64,000 bases of DNA from a virus. The stretch's first letter is position 1; the number at the start of each line of letters is the position of its first letter. The DNA lies in IMG/VR virus record IMGVR_UViG_3300045996_003052, positions 11,743 to 75,742 of that record. One strand, written 5' to 3'. Below the pieces are notes generated by a model that was given only the letters and a program-made list of their open reading frames with translations, searched no databases and was not told the origin of the DNA. Below, piece by piece: positions 21,106 through 30,786 of the stretch. A program made the position numbers and the translations under genes.

Positions 21106-21434
21106 AATACCAATGGAAACGCTTGACTTTAGCGGTGAAACGATTCGCGTTACCAATAAATCGGGCTTTAGGTACGACAAGTTGCCAATGCTGTCGTATG
21201 CCCCGGTAGTCTACGACCGCCTCGCCGACGCTTATAATCGGCGAGATTGGCGCGAGATGAACCGCCTCGGGGCGCGGTGGTGGGACCCCTACGGCGAGCG
21301 CTGGCACAAATTTGGACCAAATTTTTGGGATGCCTAAGTCATTGAATATCAAGGACTTAGGCCCGTTAAAAAAGAGTGTACTGATAGAAATTCGGGGAAT
21401 ATAATGGTTAATTTGCCATTTAGAAGGGAGAGCC

Positions 21435-21920
21435 GTGCCTGGACAGTTCACACCGTTTAGGGGGAAGCTGGAGAAGGTTCAAGAAGACCCAGAACGTCAA
21501 GAGAAGCTAAATGCCATCAAGGCGGACCTTGATAGCAAGAAGATGGGCGAGGTGGCGGAAGAGTACCGCGCGTACTACGACCGCAAGGAGAAGCTGAAGG
21601 AGGAGGAGTCTGAAGTCCAACTTCAGCTAGACGCGCGGATCCAGCTGCTCGTCGCTAACCTAGAAGCGGCTGGGCTGGAGCAAGTTCGAACTAACGACGG
21701 CGGCACCACCCTCTTCATTAAGGACGACGTCTACTGCTCCCAGGAAAACCGCGAGGTGTTCCTCAATTGGATCAGGGAGACCAACAAGGAGGAAATGTTG
21801 ACGGTGCACTACTCGACGATGAGCGCGATGGCGAAGGACGCGCTCCAGAAAGGCAGGCCGCTGCCTCCTGGCCTCAAGGCGTACTTTAAGCAGACAATCG
21901 GCATCCGGCGGAATAAGTAA
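21435..21920 (+). CDS. Conserved phage replication-module protein (coiled-coil N-terminus)
   Basis: Lies between the helicase and the SSB-like gene; own promoter at 21377-21405. Confidence 0.7.
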   Translation: MPGQFTPFRGKLEKVQEDPERQEKLNAIKADLDSKKMGEVAEEYRAYYDRKEKLKEEESEVQLQLDARIQLLVANLEAAGLEQVRTNDGGTTLFIKDDVYCSQENREVFLNWIRETNKEEMLTVHYSTMSAMAKDALQKGRPLPPGLKAYFKQTIGIRRNK

Positions 21921-21930
21921 AGGAGACGGC

Positions 21931-22725
21931 ATGGCGAAGACCGACCTAGAAAAACCTGGCACCACGGCAATCGACATTCAAAAATCACGGCCCGAGTTTC
22001 TAAAGGAGCGCGAGGGGAAAGAGATTCGGGGACTCGAGGAGGTTGGCTCCGACGAGATGGTGCTGCCGCGGCTGACCCTGACGCAGGGAACGACGCCGCA
22101 GCGGCAAGAGGCGAACGCAAGCTTCATCCCCAACCTCAAGGAAGGCGACTTCTTCAACTCCCTCACGAAACAAATCTATGGGCGGCGCGTTGTGGTGATG
22201 CCGCTACTCTTCAGAAAGTCGCGCATCTACTTTAAAGACATCAACGAGGGCGGTGGCTTGATCTGCCGCGCACCCCACGGCAATGACTGCCAGCTAAATG
22301 CGGGCGGCCTGTGCCTCCACTCCCGCTGGCAGGCTGATGGCACGCCGCCGGCGTGCACGGAGTTCTACAACTACGCGTGCCTGCTGTATCCTAGCAACGA
22401 GCCCATCGTAGTGAGCTTGAAGGTGACCGGCATTCGTGCCGGTAAGGAGTGGAACAGCAAGATGCGGATGCGTGGTGCCGACCCGTTCGCTGGACTTTAT
22501 GAGATTAAGTCCATCCAAGTGCCCAACAAAACCCGCCAGCTGTATTGGACGTATCAAATCGACAACGCGGTCGAGGACGGTGGTTGGGTGAGCAACGACC
22601 AGTTCCAATACAACGAGAAGCAGTACATGCTTTGGTCAGAGAACCTTGATACTGGCAAGGCGAAGGTCGACGAGTCAACGCTTTCAGAAGAACAATTTGC
22701 GATGCGTGACGCTGCTGAAATGTAA
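21931..22725 (+). CDS. Probable ssDNA-binding/recombination protein
   Basis: GLEEVGSDEMVLPRLTLTQGTTPQ...GDFFNSLT; acidic tail; position in the replication module. Confidence 0.55.
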   Translation: MAKTDLEKPGTTAIDIQKSRPEFLKEREGKEIRGLEEVGSDEMVLPRLTLTQGTTPQRQEANASFIPNLKEGDFFNSLTKQIYGRRVVVMPLLFRKSRIYFKDINEGGGLICRAPHGNDCQLNAGGLCLHSRWQADGTPPACTEFYNYACLLYPSNEPIVVSLKVTGIRAGKEWNSKMRMRGADPFAGLYEIKSIQVPNKTRQLYWTYQIDNAVEDGGWVSNDQFQYNEKQYMLWSENLDTGKAKVDESTLSEEQFAMRDAAEM

Positions 22726-22754
22726 GGCAAATACATTTGTAAAATGTTAATGTA

Positions 22755-24254
22755 ATGCGTGAAGACCTACTTGAAAAGTTCAAGGAACTTTTTAAGGGGG
22801 AAAATCGCGCCTACGGGCAGTGGCACCCAACGGACGGTCCCAGTACAAAACATGGGGCCGTCCCTACTTCAGCATATGAAGCGCACCTAACAGGCAGGGT
22901 AGGCTTAGGTATTGTTCCGGTCAATGAAAGCGGGCTATGTCGTTTCGGAGCAATTGACATTGACGTCGACACCATTGACCACAGCGAGTTGTACCGAAAG
23001 ATTGAGGGGCGAAAGATGCCCCTTAACGTGTGCCGCAGTAAATCTGGGGCGGCGCACGTTTACCTATTTACGAAAGAACCTGGGTTGCCGGCGGCGGCAA
23101 TCCAGCAGGTGTTGCAGAAGTGGGCGGGGGTGCTCGGTTACCCGACGGCGGAGATTTTTCCTAAACAGACACGCCTAGGCGCAAAAAACATCGGGAGCTG
23201 GATTAACCTGCCGTATTTCGGCGGGGACGATACGACCCGATACGCCGTAGGTCCCACTGGGGCGAGAAGTCTTGAAGACTTCTTGGATACCGTAGTCTAT
23301 TACGATGCCGTTAACGGCGTCGTAATAGACGAAGCATCAACAACCCTGAAAGGCATGCCACCGTGTCTCACCGCATTGTGTGAACAGGGAATTGGGCAGG
23401 GGTTTAGGAACCAGGCGCTGTTCAACTTCGCAATCTTCTATAGGAAATCGGACCCAGGTAACTGGGCGGAGGCAACCCAGAAATTGAATAAGGAGTACTT
23501 TAGCCCGCCACTCGACTACCGCGAGGTGTCAGGTATCGTGGACTCTATCGGCAGGACGAAGTACCAATACCTTTGCGAGCAGTCACCCATTAGGGAACAT
23601 TGCAACCGCGCAGTTTGCGAGACGCTGGTCTTTGGCGTGGGCAACAAGCCGTGGCATGAGGACGGGAGCTTCGACGACTTCGTCACGAGCAATTGTCGCA
23701 AGTTCTTATCAGACCCACCGCGCTACCTGGTCGAGGTTAACGGCCAAGACGTGACGCTAGAGTGGGATGACCTGTTTAATTTCCGGAACTTCAAAAGTAG
23801 CGTCGGTCAGAAGCTGAATATCATCATCCCAAACCTTAAGCAGCCTCAGTGGGAGCAGCAACTTCGCGAGCTGCTGTCGAAGAAGGTCGACATCGAGGCG
23901 CCTGAGGACGCCAGCACGATGGGCATCGTGCTTGAGAAGTTCGGCGAGTTCCTGACCCTCCGCGAACGTGCGTCGGAAAAGGAAGACCTACTTAAGGGGT
24001 TACCGATCCAAGTGGGCGAGGAGGTCATGTTCCGCGCCTCAGACTTTAAGCGGTACCTCCAGACCTATAAGCTGGACAAGGAAAACCTCCAAGACGTCTT
24101 CCTCGTACTGCGCCGCCAGGGCTGCCGCCACCACACGATGCGCGTCAAGGGCAAGGTTACCCGGGTTTGGGCGTACCCGCTCAACCAGACAAACGAGCAG
24201 ACTGAGGTCTTCTCGGCCGTCGACTTTAAGAACGATTTCGGCGAGGAGATGTGA
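22755..24254 (+). CDS. Primase (AEP/PrimPol-like with PriCT-like domain)
   Basis: FGAIDID, RSKSGAAHVYLF, EIFPKQ, INLPY, PPCL...RNQALF. Confidence 0.8.
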   Translation: MREDLLEKFKELFKGENRAYGQWHPTDGPSTKHGAVPTSAYEAHLTGRVGLGIVPVNESGLCRFGAIDIDVDTIDHSELYRKIEGRKMPLNVCRSKSGAAHVYLFTKEPGLPAAAIQQVLQKWAGVLGYPTAEIFPKQTRLGAKNIGSWINLPYFGGDDTTRYAVGPTGARSLEDFLDTVVYYDAVNGVVIDEASTTLKGMPPCLTALCEQGIGQGFRNQALFNFAIFYRKSDPGNWAEATQKLNKEYFSPPLDYREVSGIVDSIGRTKYQYLCEQSPIREHCNRAVCETLVFGVGNKPWHEDGSFDDFVTSNCRKFLSDPPRYLVEVNGQDVTLEWDDLFNFRNFKSSVGQKLNIIIPNLKQPQWEQQLRELLSKKVDIEAPEDASTMGIVLEKFGEFLTLRERASEKEDLLKGLPIQVGEEVMFRASDFKRYLQTYKLDKENLQDVFLVLRRQGCRHHTMRVKGKVTRVWAYPLNQTNEQTEVFSAVDFKNDFGEEM

Positions 24255-24427
24255 TGGTCTTTATGCCACAGCAGCCGTTTTTCTTAATTTGCCCACATTG
24301 CACAAATAACGACCCTACGATGTTTTCGTTACTAGGTTACCTAATGAGTAGCAAGGGACGGATGTACCTCTGCGAGGTTTGTTCGCGCGCATTTAAGGTG
24401 CTGGACGATGATACAGCTAACAGATAG
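24254..24427 (+). CDS. Small zinc-ribbon protein (57 aa)
   Basis: CPHC...CEVC; TGATG overlap with the primase gene. Confidence 0.55.
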   Translation: MVFMPQQPFFLICPHCTNNDPTMFSLLGYLMSSKGRMYLCEVCSRAFKVLDDDTANR

Positions 24428-24851
24428 GCAAATAGAACGTTTTTGGTCCCGTGTTAATAAAACAGAAAGTTGTTGGCTTTGGACCCATACATTATTAGAA
24501 AATAGATACGGAATGTTTGGTGGCAAACCAGCACACCGAGTAGCATGGATGATTACCAATGGAGAAATTATTAACGGTCTGCACGTGCTTCACAAGTGCG
24601 ATGTAGGAATATGTGTTAGACCAGATCACTTGTTTTTAGGTACGCATACAGATAATATGCAAGACATGATCAAGAAAGATCGTGCCCACTATTTAAGTGG
24701 TGAAAGTAATCGTGCAAGTAAATTAACAAGGTTACAAGTAGACGAAATAAGAAGAATTCGTAATCATACTACTTTAGACCAGTTATCGCGCCAATTTAAT
24801 GTTTCAGTATCTACCGTAATGAATGTTATTCATTTCAGAACATGGCGATAG
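24408..24851 (+). mobile_element. Free-standing HNH homing endonuclease with C-terminal HTH
   Basis: RFWSRV..TESCWLW, AHRVAW, VLHKCDVGICVRPDHLFLGTHTDNMQD; AT-rich. Confidence 0.9.
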
Positions 24852-26344
24852 AAACCTTGAAAGTGTTTGGGGCACCTGGTTGCGGGAAAACCTTTAAGCT
24901 CCTAGAACTGTTTGAGAAAGAATTAAAAGAAACTGCACCTGATCGCATTGCCTTTGTAACATTTACAAGGGCAGCCAGGGCCGAAGTACTTAGTCGTACA
25001 AGTTTAGTAGAAGATGAGTTGCCTTATATTCGTACGCTTCATTCATTATGTTACCGACTACTCAAAGTCCATCATGAAGACTTGGTTTCGCCAAAAGACT
25101 TAAAGGAATTCGGTAAAAAGATTGGGGTAGTGTTAACTGGGTACATGCCTGAATTAACTAGCTTAGACATCATTGATGGTGGCGCTTTCAAACAGCCTAC
25201 AAAAGCAGACCGATTATTACAGCTAAATCATTTAGGTCGGCACCGTGGTTTGAAATTAAGGGAAACATTGCGGGATGCGCCTGTTGAACTTGATTTTGCG
25301 TTTGCTAAATGGTTTACTGAGGCGTATCGTGATTGGAAGACGCAGAAAGGATTATTGGACTATACCGATTTGCTAACTGAATACTTAAACCGCGGTCCAG
25401 AACTTGATGCTGATATTTTATTTGTAGATGAGAGCCAAGATTTAAGCTGGCTACAATGGGCCGTAGTAAGAAAGCTAGGACGCAATGTTAAGCGTCGGTA
25501 CCTTTCGGGGGATGATGATCAGACAATTTTTTCGTGGTGCGGTGCCTCGGCTGAACTTTTTCTAACGGAGCCATGCGATGACTACTTGGTCCTTCCCCAG
25601 TCTTACCGCATTCCTGAGACGGTGCACCGGCTTTCTCAAAGCATTATCAGGAGAGTCAGGGTCCGACAACCTAAGGAATTTAGGTCCCGCGACGTCCCCG
25701 GCTTCGTCAAGCCCACCGGAAATCTTTCTCCAAAGCTCCTGAACCAAGGTGGGACGAGTCTGGTACTGTTCCGAAACCATCATCGCGGCGCCGAATTATC
25801 TAAGGTACTCCAGGATGACGGGGTTCCCTTTCTCGGCAACTATTCACCCCTTAGTAAGCGAGATGTTGTTCTCGCCCTCGAAGGATGGTGGCGGATTTCC
25901 AAAGATAACCCAGTTACCACCGAACAAGCACGAGCCATGGTCTCGTTTGCCAGCGACCGCTACCTGCAGCCTGGTGCGCGGACGCGCACCAGTGGACACG
26001 GTGGAGAATTTGCCGCGTCTGCTTTCTTTACTGTTGACGCCTTAGCTCTTCCCTGGTACCAGCTAATGCCGCGGATTCCACAGCTCGGATACCTAGAACG
26101 CGCAGTCCAACGGTATGGTTGGAAGGATACCTTGGCACCTCGAACCCAGTTAATGTCGATTCACCAGAGCAAGGGCCGGGAGGCCGACACGGTTATTCTA
26201 GACCTAGAGTTCGCGCGCCGGACCTACGACGCGTACCTCAACAACCCGGACGACGAACACCGCGTCTTGTATGTGGCGGTTACACGTACAAGAGAGCGTT
26301 TGTATACTTTATTACCAAGCGGACCGATGCATTATCAGCTATGA
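24842..26344 (+). CDS. UvrD/Rep-like SF1 helicase
   Basis: GAPGCGKT, VDESQD, GDDDQTI, QSYR, SIHQSKGREAD, YVAVTR. Confidence 0.9.
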   Translation: MAIETLKVFGAPGCGKTFKLLELFEKELKETAPDRIAFVTFTRAARAEVLSRTSLVEDELPYIRTLHSLCYRLLKVHHEDLVSPKDLKEFGKKIGVVLTGYMPELTSLDIIDGGAFKQPTKADRLLQLNHLGRHRGLKLRETLRDAPVELDFAFAKWFTEAYRDWKTQKGLLDYTDLLTEYLNRGPELDADILFVDESQDLSWLQWAVVRKLGRNVKRRYLSGDDDQTIFSWCGASAELFLTEPCDDYLVLPQSYRIPETVHRLSQSIIRRVRVRQPKEFRSRDVPGFVKPTGNLSPKLLNQGGTSLVLFRNHHRGAELSKVLQDDGVPFLGNYSPLSKRDVVLALEGWWRISKDNPVTTEQARAMVSFASDRYLQPGARTRTSGHGGEFAASAFFTVDALALPWYQLMPRIPQLGYLERAVQRYGWKDTLAPRTQLMSIHQSKGREADTVILDLEFARRTYDAYLNNPDDEHRVLYVAVTRTRERLYTLLPSGPMHYQL

Positions 26345-26787
26345 CGAAAAAAGAAATCATAAATCGAGTTCAAGAAATATTACACGGCATAGACAAAGAT
26401 GAGGTGGAAGAACCAGACGGGTGGTGGGAGACAGGCGCTGGGGCTGAATTTGGCAAGGAACGCCTTAACTTGATAATAGAACTTCTTCAACGTGAATTAC
26501 CATGACTAAAATCATTAAACAGATAAGGGCTTACGAGGACGAAACTGTCGTAATTGTCTGGACGCTTAACGACAGGAGCGTATACGAACAGACGGTAACC
26601 CCTCCGCCTAAACCGACGAGGGAAGCGCGCGTCGCGAAGGAGGACTTACCAGATCCTCGACCGATTAACCCAGGTTGGTAACTTTATGTTGCGAACGGGA
26701 CAATAAAGTATTTACAAAATAAATTTTTTATTGTAAAATTATCCTAATGTAAAAATAATTTTTACATTTTTATATTAGGAGGACAGA

Positions 26788-27102
26788 ATGGCTGATCAAG
26801 GGTTTGAGGTCGTACAGCGGCCACGTGGCGGAGGAAACGTACCAGACGCGCTGATGAAGGCACTAATCGAGACGGTAAATACCGACAAGGCGGTACGTGT
26901 CAAGCTAGACGGACACGCGGCGTTCACGAACTGGCAGGCGACGATTCGCGCGCGATTGCGCACAGATCACCAGCTGCGGTTGCGGACGAAGTTCAACAAG
27001 GCGAACAACGTGGTCACAGCGTGGGTTGAGAAGTTCGACCCCCGGGAAACGGGAGAGGGCATGACAGATGAGGACCTTGGCGTATCCGAAGATAAGTCCT
27101 AA
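26788..27102 (+). CDS. Hypothetical protein
   Basis: AGGAGG RBS; promoter TTTACA-17-TAAAAT at 26711-26739. Confidence 0.7.
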   Translation: MADQGFEVVQRPRGGGNVPDALMKALIETVNTDKAVRVKLDGHAAFTNWQATIRARLRTDHQLRLRTKFNKANNVVTAWVEKFDPRETGEGMTDEDLGVSEDKS

Positions 27103-27916
27103 GTTCGATCCGCACGCGCCGAGTCCCAGGATGTTCTGGGAGTTCTGCGCAATTCGGATGGACGAGTGGTGGAACCGACACGAGGGGCTAGGGCCGCCGT
27201 ATACGGCGGACCCAGCCCTCCAACGCTACGTAGGAGATATACCAAATGTCTTTAGGGAACTCGACGAGCCGAACATCTACCTCCATAACTGCATCAACGG
27301 CCAAGGTACGGGGGTGGCGTTATTTGGGGCCGTGGCCTTTAGACTCACTAATAAAATTGGTATACATCAAGGTTTTGGCGGGGTCCCACGTCCAGATCAA
27401 TATCCAGCTTGGCGGGAATATTTCCTTGATGCACGTAGTCGAGGCGTCACAGCTTATACGCGAATATTTCAAACTCCAACAACGACGCAGTACCTTGAGA
27501 CGCTTGGCGAGCTTGCAGAAGGAATGCCTGCCATCGCTGCTCAAATTGATGCGTGTACAACGCTCCACGACGCGTACCACGTCATTAACAAGATTAACCG
27601 CGTCCGGAATTTCTTCGCGTGGCAAGTCTGCGCGGACATGCTCGAGGCCAAGGCGCTGAACTACGACGAGAACTCTTGGTGCTACCTCGGGCCGGGACCG
27701 CTTCACTGCTTCCACTTGATCTTTGGGCGGCGGTTTTCGCAGAGCGAGGCGCTGGGGATCGCTCGCCGAATGCATGAGGTTCAGCACAGGGCCTTGGCGA
27801 ATACCCTTGTACCTTGGCGGTTACCTCCAGGGTACAAGGAGCTTACGCTAAAGAACATCGAGCACGCCGCCTGTGAATATTATAGATGGGTCAAAGCGCA
27901 CTGGAGGATACTATAA
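27068..27916 (+). CDS. 5-hmdU DNA kinase-like (aGPT-Pplase1/HMUDK family) protein, divergent
   Basis: FWEF..IR...R..G.GPPYTADPALQRY...NVFRELD, FFAWQVCADM, LGPG and LKNIEHAACEYYRW match the family layout. Confidence 0.7.
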   Translation: MRTLAYPKISPKFDPHAPSPRMFWEFCAIRMDEWWNRHEGLGPPYTADPALQRYVGDIPNVFRELDEPNIYLHNCINGQGTGVALFGAVAFRLTNKIGIHQGFGGVPRPDQYPAWREYFLDARSRGVTAYTRIFQTPTTTQYLETLGELAEGMPAIAAQIDACTTLHDAYHVINKINRVRNFFAWQVCADMLEAKALNYDENSWCYLGPGPLHCFHLIFGRRFSQSEALGIARRMHEVQHRALANTLVPWRLPPGYKELTLKNIEHAACEYYRWVKAHWRIL

Positions 27917-27917
27917 A

Positions 27918-28175
27918 ATGCAAAATCTTCGGATGAAAGAGTACCTAGAGAACGGAAGCTGCCTGGACGTTAATGCTGTGGGCGTACCGGTGGAGGGGTT
28001 TGAGGGGGTTGCCTGGGAGCTCAAGAAATTCTTGGACGGCTACGACTACTGCGACGCGAAGAATGAGCGGTGGATGTGGAGCATCGGACAGCGCGTCACT
28101 GATAGCCGTATTTTTGCGGCTACAGACACGAGGTTCTACGCGAACCCGATGTTCAAATGCCTGTGGTTGCGGTAA
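27918..28175 (+). CDS. Hypothetical protein
   Basis: Abuts the HMUDK-like gene. Confidence 0.6.
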   Translation: MQNLRMKEYLENGSCLDVNAVGVPVEGFEGVAWELKKFLDGYDYCDAKNERWMWSIGQRVTDSRIFAATDTRFYANPMFKCLWLR

Positions 28176-28228
28176 GTAAAAAAAGATGAGTCTACGGCGC
28201 ATTATTTTGTGTACAAGCGGAGGGTAAC

Positions 28229-28861
28229 ATGATAGAGTTACCTACATTGAGAGAGGGAATGTTGGTACGCTACCCAAATAATTCCATTTGGTATGTGGAC
28301 TACATCAGCCCCTCAGGCGCCTACGTCATACCCATCACTGGGTACGAGACGGAGATCGTCACATCTGCTCGCAAGGGACGAAAGCGAGCAGCTGTAGTGA
28401 AATATCCTGCTCCGCAGGTAATTTCACTACACTCCGTACTCGAGGTGCTTGACCCAACTTCCTTCAACGTGAAGGACATCATGAGGAGAGTTATGGCGAG
28501 AAAAGCAGCAAACGAAGGTGGCGTGGCGGAGATGGATCCGGGAGCAACGGTAGAAGGCGCGAAGGCGGAGCGGGCGCCACGCACCACGCAGAAGTACGTG
28601 CGCACGACAAAAGAAGCCAAGGAGATGCGCGGCCAGGGCCGCGTGGTCCTCGACTTCCTGAACGCGACGACTGAACCGAAGTCGGTCGCCGAGGTGACCG
28701 AAGCGGTCAAGGGCGCGATTGGCGGCAAGCAGGCGCCGGAGCGGGTGGTTGGCTACTACCTGACACGCTTCAAGCGCGATGGCCTGGTCAATGTCGTGAA
28801 GTCCGACGGCACGTCCACCCCAGGAGCTGGGGTGGAGGGCCTCGAGTCAGTAAACGCGTAA
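28229..28861 (+). CDS. Protein with C-terminal winged-helix paralog 3; internal in-frame start at 28493
   Basis: RGQGRVVLDFL...KQAPERVVGYYLTRFKRDGLV; GAGGAG RBS before ATG 28493. Confidence 0.7.
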   Translation: MIELPTLREGMLVRYPNNSIWYVDYISPSGAYVIPITGYETEIVTSARKGRKRAAVVKYPAPQVISLHSVLEVLDPTSFNVKDIMRRVMARKAANEGGVAEMDPGATVEGAKAERAPRTTQKYVRTTKEAKEMRGQGRVVLDFLNATTEPKSVAEVTEAVKGAIGGKQAPERVVGYYLTRFKRDGLVNVVKSDGTSTPGAGVEGLESVNA

Positions 28862-28886
28862 ATCCCGCACAGGGAGGTACGCAATT

Positions 28887-28918
28887 CGGGAGGGGGAAAC
28901 CCCTCCCGATTTTCGTTT
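28887..28918 (+). terminator. Intrinsic terminator
   Basis: cgggagggg-gaaa-cccctcccg followed by attttcgttt. Confidence 0.7.
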
Positions 28919-29132
28919 AAGGAGGACCACGTGGCAAAGTGCTTAAAGTGCGACCAATGTGGTCTTGTTTCAGGCGCAACTTTCGACAGCAAGGCGTGGG
29001 GGTTTCTCAAGGTAAGTTTTGACGATAACTTTGTTCAAACATATAATGAAAATGGAACCCCGTTGGATTTTTGCAGCCTTCGCTGCCTTTCGAATTGGGC
29101 TAATTCTAAGGTTGCCCATGAGGAGAACAAAG

Positions 29133-29351
29133 ATGGCGTTAAAGATCAAGTGCTACAAAGACGCCCGGGGCGAGTTCCGTTGGACGGCGCTTGACGGCAA
29201 CAACAAGGTCATCGCGGACGGGAGCGAAGGGTACAGCACAGAACGTAATTTGGTGTTGGCGCTCAAGAACACGCTGGCCGAGTTTCGCGAACCCGTGAAA
29301 TTTGTCGGCTTTCAAATTCCGCTTCAAGCGAAGCGGACACCGGAGCTATGA
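29133..29351 (+). CDS. YegP/DUF1508-like protein
   Basis: YKDARGEFRWTALDGNNKVIADGSEGYS. Confidence 0.75.
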   Translation: MALKIKCYKDARGEFRWTALDGNNKVIADGSEGYSTERNLVLALKNTLAEFREPVKFVGFQIPLQAKRTPEL

Positions 29352-29505
29352 CAATGACCACAGTCATTGTCATTGCCACGTTTATCGCCGTCTTCCTGGT
29401 CGTGTACTTCGTCGGCCGAAGGCTTGCGGGTTAAAAAAAGATGTACATCACGATAATCTCGTGATATAATCTTCTTATGAATCTTAGGCGTTCAGAACCA
29501 ACAAG

Positions 29506-30786
29506 ATGTTAAACGAACAACCACAGCGAAGTAAGCGTGTCAGGGAAGACCGACGCTTCGACAAGACGCAGCTCAAGGCCGCTGGACACGGGAGGACTGT
29601 GAACCGAGATTACGGATCCCATGCCTTGCGGTGGAACTTTGTTGTTAATGAGGTAAACAAGCCTATGGAAGAAGCGTTAGGATTCTGGGCAGCTGGCCTT
29701 ATTGACGGCGAAGGCTGCTTCGACATCAGGGTCTCTCGAGAAGGTCGAAATTCACTACAGTTTATTTTTCAGCTAGGGTTACGAGCTGACGATGAAGAAA
29801 CTATAGAGCTTTTGCGCAACCTCCTGAAGGTTGGTAAGATTAGCGACCAACAAAACGAACGTATTACCAACGCCAAACCGATTAAAATGCTAACGGTTTG
29901 TAGTCTTGAAGATTGTCTTGTTCTCAGAGACTTCTTTCTCGACGCGCCGTTGCGTTCTAAGAAACGTTTCGACTTTGCAGTATGGGCTGAAGCGTTAACA
30001 GCCTTTGAAGTCCACAAGAAAACCAATTATCAGCTTACTGACGAGCTGATGTCGAAGATGGAAAACTACCAGAAGGAGTTAAGAGAAGGCAGAAAATTTC
30101 CATCAACCGCTCTTCCACCCAGGAAAGACTACATTAAGGATACTTTTCTACGTTGGGGCTGGGCAGCCCGACAAATCAAGCAGGGAGAGTCCATTCTCGA
30201 CGTAGGTTGTGGGCAAGATCAGCCGCTACTGTACGTTCTCGCTTCACGGAAACAAACCGTCCCCGACGTGTACGTTGGGGTCGATTTAAACCGGATCGTG
30301 AAGAAATCGGCCTGCAGGTGGGCCGACATTTACGACGAGTTCGACTTCGTTAACAACGGCAGGTGGCTGATCGACAACGAGAAGGGCTACACGCCCTTCG
30401 ACAAGGCGGTGTGCTTTGAGGTTATTGAACACATGGCTCCCGAAGACGGAATTAAGTTATTGGAAACCCTTCACTACTGCCTACGTCAAGGGGGTATTCT
30501 CTTCCTATCCACACCCGTGTTTGATGGTTATCGTGCCGCTAACCACATCCATGAGTACACCATCCCAGAACTCAGCGCTACGATTCAAAATTCAGGTTTT
30601 CGAGTTCAACGTCGAATTGGTACGTTTGCTTCTAAGCCTGAAATTCGACCGGTCTTAGATGAGCACGAGAGGGCTGTCTACGAACGGCTAGAGGAGTGGT
30701 TCGGCGGCGACGTCCTGTCGACGATCTTCGCATCCCTCCACCCTGACCAGAGCAGGAATAACCTCTGGGTTTGCGAGCGCGTATGA
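29506..30786 (+). CDS. Class I SAM methyltransferase with an in-frame LAGLIDADG endonuclease insert
   Basis: LAGLIDADG motif WAAGLIDGEGCF (insert ~29635-30145). MTase motifs ILDVGCG, CFEVIEHM, LRQGGILFLSTP. Promoter at 29442-29470. Confidence 0.85.
   Translation: MLNEQPQRSKRVREDRRFDKTQLKAAGHGRTVNRDYGSHALRWNFVVNEVNKPMEEALGFWAAGLIDGEGCFDIRVSREGRNSLQFIFQLGLRADDEETIELLRNLLKVGKISDQQNERITNAKPIKMLTVCSLEDCLVLRDFFLDAPLRSKKRFDFAVWAEALTAFEVHKKTNYQLTDELMSKMENYQKELREGRKFPSTALPPRKDYIKDTFLRWGWAARQIKQGESILDVGCGQDQPLLYVLASRKQTVPDVYVGVDLNRIVKKSACRWADIYDEFDFVNNGRWLIDNEKGYTPFDKAVCFEVIEHMAPEDGIKLLETLHYCLRQGGILFLSTPVFDGYRAANHIHEYTIPELSATIQNSGFRVQRRIGTFASKPEIRPVLDEHERAVYERLEEWFGGDVLSTIFASLHPDQSRNNLWVCERV

Noticed and set aside
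29635-30145. Intein, group I intron or ribosomal bypass in the MTase
   Set aside because: No intein splice residues, no non-coding intron core, and no stop codon that would need bypassing.
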